DNA of 64,000 bases from Christensenellales bacterium. GTDB taxonomy: Bacteria; Bacillota; Clostridia; Christensenellales; SZUA-584. Both the position numbers and the translations under genes were made by a program. The stretch covers positions 4,212-68,211 of the forward strand of contig JBMNOU010000002.1 of assembly GCA_050943215.1 (NCBI GenBank), written 5' to 3'. Positions within the stretch are counted from its first letter, which is position 1; every line of letters begins with the position of its first letter. Positions 1 to 9,368 of this stretch are shown here, in pieces. Below the pieces are notes generated by a model. That model was not told the origin of the DNA, ran no database searches, and saw nothing but the letters and a program-made list of their open reading frames with translations.

Positions 1-2
1 CA

Positions 3-713
3 GTTGGGAGCAAAGCGTGCCCCGAATGCAAGATTGATCTAGTCTCTCAGGCATGGGCTGTTATTTCAGGCGCAGTAAGGGCCAGACGAGCGTTTTTGGC
101 AGCGGAAGAAAATCTAGTAATGCGCGAAGAAGGCGTCATCCGTTTGCTGACGCCGGCGTTTGATAAATGGGATAAGGACCCCGGATATATTAAATCATAC
201 CTTCCGGGGTTACGTGAAAACGGCGGACAGTATAGCCACGCCGCTGCATGGTTTGTAATCGCTGCAACCAAGCTTCGAGAAAAAAATACCGCGATGGCGC
301 TGTTTCAGATGCTGAACCCGATCAATCATACGAGAACGCCTGCAGCAGTCGCGAAATATAAAGGTGAACCGTATGTGATGGCTGCTGATGTCTATTACTC
401 GGAAGAGCATAAGGGGCGGGCCGGCTGGACATGGTACACAGGTAGTTCGGGCTGGATGTACCAGGCTGCGATAATCCATCTATTGGGGATGAGGATAGAT
501 AGGGATGTTCTTTCCATCTATCCATGTGTTCCTGACGATTTTGGCCAATACTCAATCGAATACAACAAAGACGGCACGTTATATATTATTACCGTCGATA
601 TTAAGCCTGGATATAAGGGCACCGCGTGGCTCAGCATTGACGGACAGGACAAGCAAAAGGGTATTAAACTGGACAAACAAGGTGGCGTTTATCAAATTTA
701 CGCTTGTTGGTAA
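3..713 (+). CDS. GH94-type glycoside phosphorylase / glycosyltransferase-36-like protein, C-terminal fragment (5' end lies outside the window)
   Basis: The frame is open from the window edge. The segment GGQYSHAAAW...GRAGWTWYTGSSGWMYQ resembles the catalytic C-terminal region of cellobiose/chitobiose-phosphorylase-like enzymes. Confidence 0.6.
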   Translation, partial: VGSKACPECKIDLVSQAWAVISGAVRARRAFLAAEENLVMREEGVIRLLTPAFDKWDKDPGYIKSYLPGLRENGGQYSHAAAWFVIAATKLREKNTAMALFQMLNPINHTRTPAAVAKYKGEPYVMAADVYYSEEHKGRAGWTWYTGSSGWMYQAAIIHLLGMRIDRDVLSIYPCVPDDFGQYSIEYNKDGTLYIITVDIKPGYKGTAWLSIDGQDKQKGIKLDKQGGVYQIYACW

Positions 714-739
714 ACGTATGCGGATGGTATACTCAACGC

Positions 740-2590
740 ATGGACACAGAATTTTTGCCGATGTCGCGACACGAGATGGGTGCGCAGAAAATAGAAGAGC
801 TCGATTTTATCGTGGTAACACCCGATGCTTACGTTGACCACCCGTCTTTCGCGGCCGCTCTCATTGGCCGTTATGTGCAAAGCTTAGGTTTTAGCGTGGG
901 GATTATTGCGCAGCCTGATTGGAGGTCAAGCACCGATTTTTTAAAGCTAGGAACGCCTAAATACGCTTTTCTGCTAAGCGGCGGCAACATGGACGGCATT
1001 GTGAATATGTACACATCCGCCAAAACTGCCCGGAAGCGGGACGCGTATTCTCCAGCAGGTAAAATGGGTTTACGCCCACTAAGGCCAACAATCGTATATA
1101 CGGCGAGGCTGAAACAGGCTCATAAGAACACGCCAGTGCTCATTGGCGGGATTGAGGCGACTCAACGGCGGTTTGCGCATTACGATTATTTGGAGGACAA
1201 GGTAAGGCGGTCATATCTTGTCGACAGTAAAGCGGATCTGCTCGTATACGGTATGGGTGAAAAGCCGCTCGAAGAGATATGCTATCGTATTAAGGACGGT
1301 GAAAAAGTCAGCGATATGCGCGTAAGAGGGACTTGTGTGATGCGCCATTTAGCGGAGGGTATTGGCCATTATATTGAATTGCCTTCTTATGAAAGTGTAT
1401 CTGCCAGCAAAAAAGAATTTGCGGAAGCGTATAGAATCATCCACAACAATACGATGACCGATGGAAAAACGCTTGTACAGATGCACAGCGATAGGTATAT
1501 TGTTCAGTTTCCGCCGTCGCAGCCTTTGTCCACATCCAAAATGGATGCCATATACGATCTTCCGTTTACACGCAGGCAGCATCCGTCATATAAAGAACCT
1601 GTACCTGCGCTTTCAGAGGTGCAGTTTAGCATCACTTCCCTAAGGGGCTGTCCCGGTATGTGCGCGTTTTGCTCGATCTCTGCGCACCAAGGCAAACGCA
1701 TACAAAAACGGTCAAAAAGGTCCATTATTGGGGAGGCAAAGCGTTTTGCATCAATGCCCGAATTCAAAGGGATTATTTCGGATGTCGGGGGGCCCACCGC
1801 CAACTTTTATGACGCTGTCTGCACAGCGAAAAACTCACGGGGCTGTTCAAATACGTGTCTTGCGCCGCATATCTGCGGCAACTTAAAAGTCAGTCATAAA
1901 GGAATTACCGAGATACTTGAAGCGCTTGAACACGTGCCCGGTATAAAACGAGTATTTATCCGCTCGGGACTTAGGTACGATTATATCATGGCTGATCGTG
2001 ACAGCAGATTTTTTGACAGGCTTGTCAAAAAACACGTAAGCGGACAATTGAAAGTAGCTCCCGAGCATGTTTGCGCAGATGTGCTTTCTTTGATGAACAA
2101 GCCAAACTACAGGGTATACGAAAGTTTCGCAAAGCGGTTTTCCGCATTGACGCATAAAGCGGGAAAGCAGCAGTATTTGCTGCCTTATTATATATCCTCG
2201 CATCCGGGGAGCACTCTAATGGATGCGATTACCCTCGCGCTTAAGCTAAAACAGCAACGGTTTATCCCAGAGCAGGTGCAAGACTTCTACCCAACACCCG
2301 GAACGCTATCTACATGCATGTATTATACCGGCATGCATCCGCTTACAAAAAAACCGATATACGTTGCGACAACAAAAGAAGAAAAAATAATGCAGCGGGC
2401 TTTACTGCAGTTTAATAACAAGCGTAACTGGCCAATCATCAGAGAAGCTTTAAAAAAAGCGGGCCGGGAAGATCTCATCGGCAATGCAAGCGATTGTCTT
2501 GTACCGCCCGCAACGATAAAGCAGACAAAAGCTAAAAACTTTCAAAAGACCCGTCAAAAGAACAAAACCACAACAGCGAAGAGAAAATAG
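740..2590 (+). CDS. ygiQ: YgiQ-family radical SAM protein (UPF0313)
   Basis: The N-terminus FLPMSRHEM...LDFIVVTPDAYVDHPSF and the Cys cluster LRGCPGMCAFCS are typical of YgiQ. It has a basic Lys-rich tail. ATG at 740 is preferred over the TTG at 704 in the ORF track. Confidence 0.85.
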   Translation: MDTEFLPMSRHEMGAQKIEELDFIVVTPDAYVDHPSFAAALIGRYVQSLGFSVGIIAQPDWRSSTDFLKLGTPKYAFLLSGGNMDGIVNMYTSAKTARKRDAYSPAGKMGLRPLRPTIVYTARLKQAHKNTPVLIGGIEATQRRFAHYDYLEDKVRRSYLVDSKADLLVYGMGEKPLEEICYRIKDGEKVSDMRVRGTCVMRHLAEGIGHYIELPSYESVSASKKEFAEAYRIIHNNTMTDGKTLVQMHSDRYIVQFPPSQPLSTSKMDAIYDLPFTRRQHPSYKEPVPALSEVQFSITSLRGCPGMCAFCSISAHQGKRIQKRSKRSIIGEAKRFASMPEFKGIISDVGGPTANFYDAVCTAKNSRGCSNTCLAPHICGNLKVSHKGITEILEALEHVPGIKRVFIRSGLRYDYIMADRDSRFFDRLVKKHVSGQLKVAPEHVCADVLSLMNKPNYRVYESFAKRFSALTHKAGKQQYLLPYYISSHPGSTLMDAITLALKLKQQRFIPEQVQDFYPTPGTLSTCMYYTGMHPLTKKPIYVATTKEEKIMQRALLQFNNKRNWPIIREALKKAGREDLIGNASDCLVPPATIKQTKAKNFQKTRQKNKTTTAKRK

Positions 2591-2756
2591 CATATCTTTC
2601 ACTGAATATATGCATTACCTAAAATGAATAATATTTAGTAAAGGATATATAAGCCTGCTAAAAACAATAGGCATACGGGTAGAATGCAGCCTGTTGATGG
2701 CAGCTATTGGTGTATACGGAGCTGATAGAACTTTCATTTTATTATTGGTCATATTG

Positions 2757-2765
2757 TGGTATAAT
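2757..2765 (+). promoter_or_regulatory. Extended -10 element (TGgTATAAT) upstream of the two-component operon
   Basis: TGGTATAAT lies about 30 nt upstream of the response-regulator start. No good -35 is present. Confidence 0.4.
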
Positions 2766-2794
2766 TAACAACATAATATGCAAGGAGAATGGGT

Positions 2795-3484
2795 ATGAAA
2801 AGAATACTGATCGTCGATGACGAGCCAAGTTTGATAAAGGGACTTCGCTTTAATTTGGAACAGCAGGATGGATACATAGTAGACGAGGCGTTGGATGGGG
2901 AACAGGCGCTGAACGTTTTTGATCCTGATAAATATGATCTGGTACTTCTTGATCTGATGCTGCCCAAAGTGGATGGCATGGAGGTCTGCCAGCGCATTCG
3001 CAGTATTTCCGATGTGCCCATTATCATGCTGACCGCAAAGGGTGACGATATGGACAAGATCATGGGACTCGAATTTGGGGCAGATGATTATATGACCAAA
3101 CCTTTTAATATGCTTGAGCTCAAAGCCAGAATCAAGACAATTTTTAGGCGCATGGAAGGCGTTGAAAAGACGAAAGAGCCGCAGGTGCTGCGCGCTAAGA
3201 ATATGACTGTCAACCTTGAAAATAGAAGTGTTGTGATTGACGGCCGGGATATCAGCCTTACTGCGAAAGAGTTCGATTTGCTGCAGCTGTTTATTACAAA
3301 CAGAGGCAAGGTATACGATAGAGAAAAGCTTTTGGAGTTGATCTGGAAATACGAGTATCTCGGTGACTTAAGGACAGTTGATGTCCATATACGTCGCCTG
3401 AGAGAAAAGATAGAGAGTAACCCGGCAAAGCCCGAATTCATATTGACCAAGTGGGGAGTGGGATACTATTTCTCGAATAAATAA
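2795..3484 (+). CDS. OmpR/WalR-like response regulator (REC plus winged-helix domains)
   Basis: MKRILIVDDE...DLVLLDLMLP...MLTAKG matches a receiver domain. The C-terminal VDVHIRRLREKIE...WGVGYYF matches an OmpR-type wHTH. AAGGAG lies 6 nt upstream of the ATG at 2795. Confidence 0.9.
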   Translation: MKRILIVDDEPSLIKGLRFNLEQQDGYIVDEALDGEQALNVFDPDKYDLVLLDLMLPKVDGMEVCQRIRSISDVPIIMLTAKGDDMDKIMGLEFGADDYMTKPFNMLELKARIKTIFRRMEGVEKTKEPQVLRAKNMTVNLENRSVVIDGRDISLTAKEFDLLQLFITNRGKVYDREKLLELIWKYEYLGDLRTVDVHIRRLREKIESNPAKPEFILTKWGVGYYFSNK

Positions 3485-3554
3485 CATTCTATATTCAATA
3501 CGATGGCGGTTTGTATTCATATATTTATTTGTCGCGGCTGCGGCCTTTGCAGCG

Positions 3555-4898
3555 GTGACTCTGGTTGTCGCTTATCTTGCTGAAGATTACCTTGTTCAGA
3601 TTCGCGTTGGAGATCAGCTGAAAAGCACCAACAGCGTGGCTGTCAGCATGGCGCCATATCTTTACAACTCAAACGCCAAGAAAATGTTCGAATTAGCAGA
3701 GGAGAGCTCACAAAAATACGGCGGGCGTTTTTTGGTGCTTAACAAGTCGGGAATTGTGCAGGCCGATAGCTTTTCTATTCTCAATGGTCAAAAGATAGAA
3801 CATAAGGAAATATCGGATGTCTTGCTTGGGCCCAGTGATACTTCGTACGGTTTTCATGCGATAGACGACGGTAAGGACAAAACGTTTTATGCGGTGTATT
3901 ATACGGCTGCTATTGTGTACAATTCAGAAACGATCGGGGCAGTGCTTTTTGCGGATGATATACAGGACGTTGTGGAAACGACGAGGCATTTTGTCGTTAT
4001 ACTCATTATCATATCCGCTTCCGCATGTTTGGTAATGGTTCTGATTAGCCTTGTGTTTTCCGAATATATTACGCGGCCGATTAATGAACTTAAAAAAGTC
4101 GCACTCTCCATATCAAGGGGAAATCTGCGCCAGCGGATAAAGGTGACGGGCAAAAGTGAAATTGCCGAGCTTGCAAATACGTTTAATACAATGAGCGAAA
4201 AGCTTGAGAACATGGACAGAGAGCGCAGCGAATTCGTGTCGAACGCTTCGCATGAGCTCAAAACGCCCCTCAGTTCGATGAAGATTCTGATTGAATCTTT
4301 GTTATATCAGGATAACGTGGACGAAGGGATTTATAAAGAATTCTTATCCGATATCAATAGAGAAATTGACCGACTCAACGAAACGATAACGGGACTGCTG
4401 ATGCTGGCTAAAACGGATAGCGAAGCCGAGGTTTTAACACTGAATAAGATATTGTTAAGCGAGCTCGTTTATAAGGCTGTTGCTGCCTTAAAACCGATTG
4501 CGAATGGGAAAAACGTTACTCTATCATACACCGTCAACAATGAGATCGAGATACAATGTGATGCGCTTAAAATCATGCAGGCTGTCATGAATCTGATTGA
4601 CAATGCCGTTAAATATACGGACGAGGGTGGGCATGTCTGGGTCACGCTGCAAAAATCCGGTGCCAATGCGGCCATTATCGTCAAAGACGACGGTTGCGGC
4701 ATACCAGAAAAGGAGATTGTGCAGCTTTTCGACCGTTTCTATCGTATCGACAAAGCAAGGTCCAGGGATACGGGCGGAAGCGGGCTTGGGCTGCATATAT
4801 CGCGTAAAATCGCACTGCTGCACGGCGGGAGCATTGATGTGCAGAGCGAGGAAGGAAAAGGCAGTATATTTACGCTGTATCTGCCTAAAAAGGGTTAG
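3555..4898 (+). CDS. Sensor histidine kinase (TM-ECD-TM-HAMP-HisKA-HATPase)
   Basis: H-box SNASHELKTPL, N-box NLIDNAVKYT, and G-boxes DDGCGIP and GGSGLGLHI are present. The coordinate given uses the first canonical start (GTG). The first TM helix is encoded in-frame upstream, back to about 3486 (see finding). Confidence 0.88.
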   Translation: MTLVVAYLAEDYLVQIRVGDQLKSTNSVAVSMAPYLYNSNAKKMFELAEESSQKYGGRFLVLNKSGIVQADSFSILNGQKIEHKEISDVLLGPSDTSYGFHAIDDGKDKTFYAVYYTAAIVYNSETIGAVLFADDIQDVVETTRHFVVILIIISASACLVMVLISLVFSEYITRPINELKKVALSISRGNLRQRIKVTGKSEIAELANTFNTMSEKLENMDRERSEFVSNASHELKTPLSSMKILIESLLYQDNVDEGIYKEFLSDINREIDRLNETITGLLMLAKTDSEAEVLTLNKILLSELVYKAVAALKPIANGKNVTLSYTVNNEIEIQCDALKIMQAVMNLIDNAVKYTDEGGHVWVTLQKSGANAAIIVKDDGCGIPEKEIVQLFDRFYRIDKARSRDTGGSGLGLHISRKIALLHGGSIDVQSEEGKGSIFTLYLPKKG

Positions 4899-4907
4899 GA
4901 GAAAAAA

Positions 4908-5864
4908 ATGCGTCAGATAATAATATTGATTATCGTTATTTGTGTATTGTTGATAACGGCAGCAGGATGTTCGGGTCCTGCCCGTGTTGAGCCTGTCAAC
5001 ACCCCGGATATCAATCCGAAAGCGGAAGCTGCGAATAAAGACACATCGGCCGTAACACTTTATTTCAGCTATCGCGGCGAAAATTTTCTTGCCGGAGAAA
5101 CGCGTACGATTGATATTCCGGTCAGCGATAATATGGAAGCCGCGGTAGTAAGGGCGCTTATCGAAGGCCCTTCGGCGGATAAAGACGAGCTAGTGGGGCT
5201 TTTTTGGGATGGCATAAAGCTAGTGGGTGTGGATAGTAATGAAGATTACTTGTTTGTTACGCTTAGCGAGGCTTTTGTGTCGACAGATCCGGGTGTTATT
5301 GCTCTCGAAGATAGAGACGTGCACGAACAAAAAAAGCTGGCGATATATTCTATTGTCAATACTCTTATCGAAATGGGGAAATATTCGAGGGTACAGATTT
5401 ATGTTGACCGGGAAGGCGGCGTGCGCCAGAGAATCACGCTAAGCGAAGCCGGCTGGACGCTGGATTCGGGTACATGGCTCGAGCCGCTCCCTAGAGATTC
5501 GTCTCTTATTCTGACGCCAGAGAATACGCTGAAAGAATCGCTCAAATCCTTCGGTAAGAAAGATTGGGTAAGGCTTTACAACTTTATTGCATACACAAGC
5601 CCTGACGGAACGATCAAGCCGGATATCGATGCATTTTCCGAATCGCTGGCACAAAAGGGTAATGTGCTCGAAGATTTTAGCGTGATTGACAGCAACGTGT
5701 CTTTTAACGGACAGTCCGCTGTGGTTATGCTGAACTATTCTGTTAAAACAAGGGAAGGCGACACGATCGAGAGAACGAACATTCCTGTTGAGATTATCAG
5801 GGAAGATGACATATGGAAACTATTATATACATCGCTGGTGGGTATGCTGATTAATATAGGATAG
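4908..5864 (+). CDS. Lipoprotein with a GerMN (germination/sporulation) domain
   Basis: The lipobox LITAAGCSG is present. The GerMN-type module is VTLYFSYRGENFLAGETRTI...ALIEGPS. Confidence 0.7.
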   Translation: MRQIIILIIVICVLLITAAGCSGPARVEPVNTPDINPKAEAANKDTSAVTLYFSYRGENFLAGETRTIDIPVSDNMEAAVVRALIEGPSADKDELVGLFWDGIKLVGVDSNEDYLFVTLSEAFVSTDPGVIALEDRDVHEQKKLAIYSIVNTLIEMGKYSRVQIYVDREGGVRQRITLSEAGWTLDSGTWLEPLPRDSSLILTPENTLKESLKSFGKKDWVRLYNFIAYTSPDGTIKPDIDAFSESLAQKGNVLEDFSVIDSNVSFNGQSAVVMLNYSVKTREGDTIERTNIPVEIIREDDIWKLLYTSLVGMLINIG

Positions 5865-5874
5865 AAAGATAGAC

Positions 5875-7401
5875 ATGAAAAGATTATTGATTATCGTTGT
5901 GGCGTTATGCTTATTATTATGCGGATGCGGCGTCATTAGAGACAATAATGAACCGGGTGCGTTTGTTTCGGTGAGTACGCTAAATATGGACGAAGTTGCG
6001 TATCCCGGTAGGGTAGAAAAACGTTCTGTTTATTTTATGAATGAAACAAGTGGAACGCTGACAGCAGAGATACGCAATCTGGTGATAGGCCAAGATACAA
6101 ATCCAGCCGAAGTTGCTGTGGAAGCGCTACTAAAAGGGCCGTCCAATAAAGATCTCAAGAGTGTCGCGCCTTATGGTATGGGTCTTGACTTTATTGAGTT
6201 TTCGAGAGAGGTTGCTAATGTCTATCTTAAATATGACGGCGAAGCCATGCAGCCAGAAGAACAGTTTATATTGGAACTGGCGCTTGCCAATACGATTACC
6301 GATATATTGGGGGCGACATCTATTTGCATATTCTACAACGGTATCCAGACGGGTTTTGCGGGTCTACCTTCCGACCCGCAGCAAAAGCAAACAGGCAACA
6401 TAAAGGAAGCATGGTTTCGGGCATCCGCGAAGTATTCTTTAGAGGTTCCTGTTATTCCTTCAACCCTTGAGGAAGATGAGCAAAATACGCCCGCTCTCGA
6501 GGGGCATGAAACAGCTAAGCCGCAATCATCCCCAATCTCAACGGTATTGTATTTTATTTCTGCCGACGGAGGCTTTTTACTGCCTGAAGTGCGCGATGTT
6601 ACATACCCGAAAGGGAATTATATCGAGACGCTGATTGAAGAGCTGAAAAAAGGTCCGCAGAACAAGTCGATCATGAAAAGTCCATTGACCGAGAGCTTAG
6701 AACTTTTGAAAGACCCGGTGTTTAAAGATGCCGGGGCTGGCAGGTACAGATTGTCGCTTAATTTTTCAAAACTGCCAACGCAGTACGATTTTTCGGATGA
6801 ACGGGATACATATTTATCCTGTGCGGCTATCATTTATACGATTATAGGCTTTGTGCCCGGGATCGAAAGCATTGATATGCATGTTATGGATAATGAGATT
6901 ATCGTTAACGATGGGTCCGCTTTGAAGAGTTTGAAAAGAGAAAATTATCTGGGTTGTATTGGGAGCAGTGTGCCGGTTTATTTTTCGGACAAAAATTCGG
7001 ATTTGCTTCTTCAGGTTTCAAGAAGCATGGAGCAGGAAAAAACGTGGAGCGCAAAGTGGCGGCTGATGGAACTGCTGAAAGGGCCGCTTGCTGGAGACGG
7101 AGACAACGCTTGGCCGGTTATACCATCAGGCGTGACAGAACAGGATATATTATCTGTGGATGTTTATGAAGATACGGTGTATGTTAACCTGTCACAAAGT
7201 TTTAAAAGCGCATGTGCTGGGCTTTCCGCCAAAAACGAGATGCTGCTTGTTTATGCCATAGTGAACACTATCACGGCAATGGACGGCATCAGCAAGGTTC
7301 AGTTTTTGGTTGAAGGACAACAGACAGAGGCGCTTGCGGGCTACCTCTGTCTGTCCGACCCGTTATTACGGAACTATGGAATCATCAAGCAAATAGATTA
7401 A
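5875..7401 (+). CDS. Lipoprotein with repeated GerMN domains (two to three modules)
   Basis: The lipobox is LLLCGCG. The pattern YF...(E/A)LLKGP recurs three times: VYFMNETSG...EALLKGPS, VLYFISADGG...EELKKGPQ and VPVYFSDKNS...MELLKGPL. Confidence 0.7.
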   Translation: MKRLLIIVVALCLLLCGCGVIRDNNEPGAFVSVSTLNMDEVAYPGRVEKRSVYFMNETSGTLTAEIRNLVIGQDTNPAEVAVEALLKGPSNKDLKSVAPYGMGLDFIEFSREVANVYLKYDGEAMQPEEQFILELALANTITDILGATSICIFYNGIQTGFAGLPSDPQQKQTGNIKEAWFRASAKYSLEVPVIPSTLEEDEQNTPALEGHETAKPQSSPISTVLYFISADGGFLLPEVRDVTYPKGNYIETLIEELKKGPQNKSIMKSPLTESLELLKDPVFKDAGAGRYRLSLNFSKLPTQYDFSDERDTYLSCAAIIYTIIGFVPGIESIDMHVMDNEIIVNDGSALKSLKRENYLGCIGSSVPVYFSDKNSDLLLQVSRSMEQEKTWSAKWRLMELLKGPLAGDGDNAWPVIPSGVTEQDILSVDVYEDTVYVNLSQSFKSACAGLSAKNEMLLVYAIVNTITAMDGISKVQFLVEGQQTEALAGYLCLSDPLLRNYGIIKQID

Positions 7402-9233
7402 GCAACTATGCGTACGTTATATTCGTCAAGCCACATATTCAGCTGAAGAAGGAACGCGAACAGCTGGGGACCGGTCATCAGCTGGCCAAACCAAGGGGTC
7501 ACGATGCTCATAGAATCGAGCATCTCTTCAACAAAGTCTTTATCAATCAACGCATGAATCGGTGCGTTCTTGTCTGCGAGAGTTTCTTTTAATGCAGTGG
7601 AAACAAGCCGTGTATACTCTGGATTGTGTGTTTTGGGATATGGGCTTTTTTTTCTGTTGCAAATGCTCTCAGGTAGAAGATCCTTTACGGCGAGACGCAA
7701 TATGCCTTTCTCCATCCCGCCGATATTTTTAATGTCCCATGGAATATTCCAGGCATACTCGGCGATCCTGTGGTCACAGAATGGGACCCTAACTTCAAGG
7801 CCGCTTGCCATACTCATTCTGTCTTTGCGATCAAGCAGGTTCGACATAAACCATTTTATATTGAGATAGAACATCTGGCGGCGCTTGCGTTCTTTTGGTT
7901 TTTCGTTGCCGAGAAGCGGTGTTTCTTCGACAGTGTCAAAATACCGGCATTTTGCATAATCCTCAATACCCACCCGGGATAAGTTTTTCGACATAACGTT
8001 TCTTCGGAGTTCAAGTGAGTTCGCCCAGGGGAACATATCAAGGTTTAAAAGGTCTTCCCTGTAAAACCACGGGTAACCGCCAAAAATTTCATCGGCGCAT
8101 TCCCCGGACAGAGCGACAGTGGCGTAACCTTTGATTTCTTTGCAGAATAGCAGCAGGCTAGAGTCAACATCGCCCATACCCGGAAGGTCTCGAGCGATCA
8201 TGGCATCCTTTAAAGATGACACGAGGGATTTGGTGTCGATGACATGTGCAATATGCTCACTGCCGATATGCCGGCGGACAATGTCGATATAATCGCTGTC
8301 GGGACTCGGCTGAAAAACGCTTCTCGTAAAATATTTATCGTTCTCTGCAAAATCAACCGAAAACGTGCGTAGTATGCTGCCTTTATCCGCGATGTGTTTT
8401 GCCGCGATTGCCGATAGTGTGCTCGAATCGACGCCGCCCGAAAGGAATGTGCATACTGGCACGTCGGAAACAAGCTGCCGTTTTGCCGTATCAGTGATCA
8501 GCCACGACAATTTTTCAGTTGTTTCATGCAGGTCATCCGTATGTTCTGCGCTAACGTATTGCCAGTACCGGTGGATATACGTGCCAAGAGGAGAGTAGAT
8601 CATGCATTCACCCGGACGCAATTCTTCAATGCCGGCGAACAGCGTTTTGCCGGCGGTACGTGCCGGAGCCAGCGCAAAAAGCTCAAGTAGACCTTCTTCT
8701 TTGATAACAGGGGAAATCTCTGGATGGGCAAGGATCGCTTTAATTTCAGACGCAAATAATAACGCATGCTTTGTGCGAGCAATGAATAGCGGTTTGACGC
8801 CCATCCTGTCGCGGGCAAGGAAAATGCGCTGTTTCTTTTCATCCCATATCCCAAAAGCAAATATTCCATTAATTTTTTCTACACATGACGGGCCCCATTC
8901 AATATAAGAGAGCAATATCACCTCGGTATCCGAATGAGAAAAAAAAGTATGACCCTTATCCAAAAGTTCCTGCCTGAGTTCCGGAGTATTATAGAGCTTA
9001 CCATTATATACAATTGTATATGTATTTGATCCCATGCTCCGTGTCATCGGTTGGCTTCCGCCCGCAGGATCGATAACGATCAGCCGCCTGTGCCCGAGAG
9101 CCGCCTGGTGCGTCATAAACGTTCCAGCAGAATCTGGGCCTCTGTGATATAAGGTATCCAGCATCGCCGAGAGGGTTTTGCTTTTCTCAAGCAGGTTGTT
9201 TTCAAAATCCACTATTCCGACAATTCCGCACAT
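7398..9233 (-). CDS. asnB: Asparagine synthase (glutamine-hydrolysing)
   Basis: It has the N-terminal nucleophile MCGIVG and the PP-loop FLSGGVDSS. The length is 611 aa. Confidence 0.92.
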   Translation of the reverse strand: MCGIVGIVDFENNLLEKSKTLSAMLDTLYHRGPDSAGTFMTHQAALGHRRLIVIDPAGGSQPMTRSMGSNTYTIVYNGKLYNTPELRQELLDKGHTFFSHSDTEVILLSYIEWGPSCVEKINGIFAFGIWDEKKQRIFLARDRMGVKPLFIARTKHALLFASEIKAILAHPEISPVIKEEGLLELFALAPARTAGKTLFAGIEELRPGECMIYSPLGTYIHRYWQYVSAEHTDDLHETTEKLSWLITDTAKRQLVSDVPVCTFLSGGVDSSTLSAIAAKHIADKGSILRTFSVDFAENDKYFTRSVFQPSPDSDYIDIVRRHIGSEHIAHVIDTKSLVSSLKDAMIARDLPGMGDVDSSLLLFCKEIKGYATVALSGECADEIFGGYPWFYREDLLNLDMFPWANSLELRRNVMSKNLSRVGIEDYAKCRYFDTVEETPLLGNEKPKERKRRQMFYLNIKWFMSNLLDRKDRMSMASGLEVRVPFCDHRIAEYAWNIPWDIKNIGGMEKGILRLAVKDLLPESICNRKKSPYPKTHNPEYTRLVSTALKETLADKNAPIHALIDKDFVEEMLDSMSIVTPWFGQLMTGPQLFAFLLQLNMWLDEYNVRIVA

Positions 9234-9316
9234 ATAAGAAAGCCCCCAATAAAAAAGTTACTACAATACAGTATATGAGAAGGCGCCGGGTGCGTGATAA
9301 CATAATGAAAAAGCAT

Positions 9317-9345
9317 TTGCAACGATGATTAAAATCGATTACAAT
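9317..9345 (+). promoter_or_regulatory. Sigma-A type promoter (TTGCAA-N17-TACAAT)
   Basis: TTGCAA is at 9317-9322 and TACAAT at 9340-9345, with exactly 17 nt between them. It lies 24 nt upstream of the next CDS. Confidence 0.6.
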
Positions 9346-9368
9346 GAAGCAAAGCAACGGAGGGCAGA

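Noticed and set aside
3503-3583. A Cys-rich 26-codon alternative-frame ORF (MAVCIHIFICRGCGLCSGDSGCRLSC) between the regulator and the kinase.
   Set aside because: It overlaps the kinase's TM1-coding frame, which looks genuinely protein-like. It has no SD, and the Cys codons are a by-product of GC-rich Ala/Val codons in the other frame.
9234-9368. A possible riboswitch upstream of the ECF S-component gene.
   Set aside because: The leader between the promoter (-10 ends at 9345) and the start codon is only about 20 nt, too short for an aptamer.
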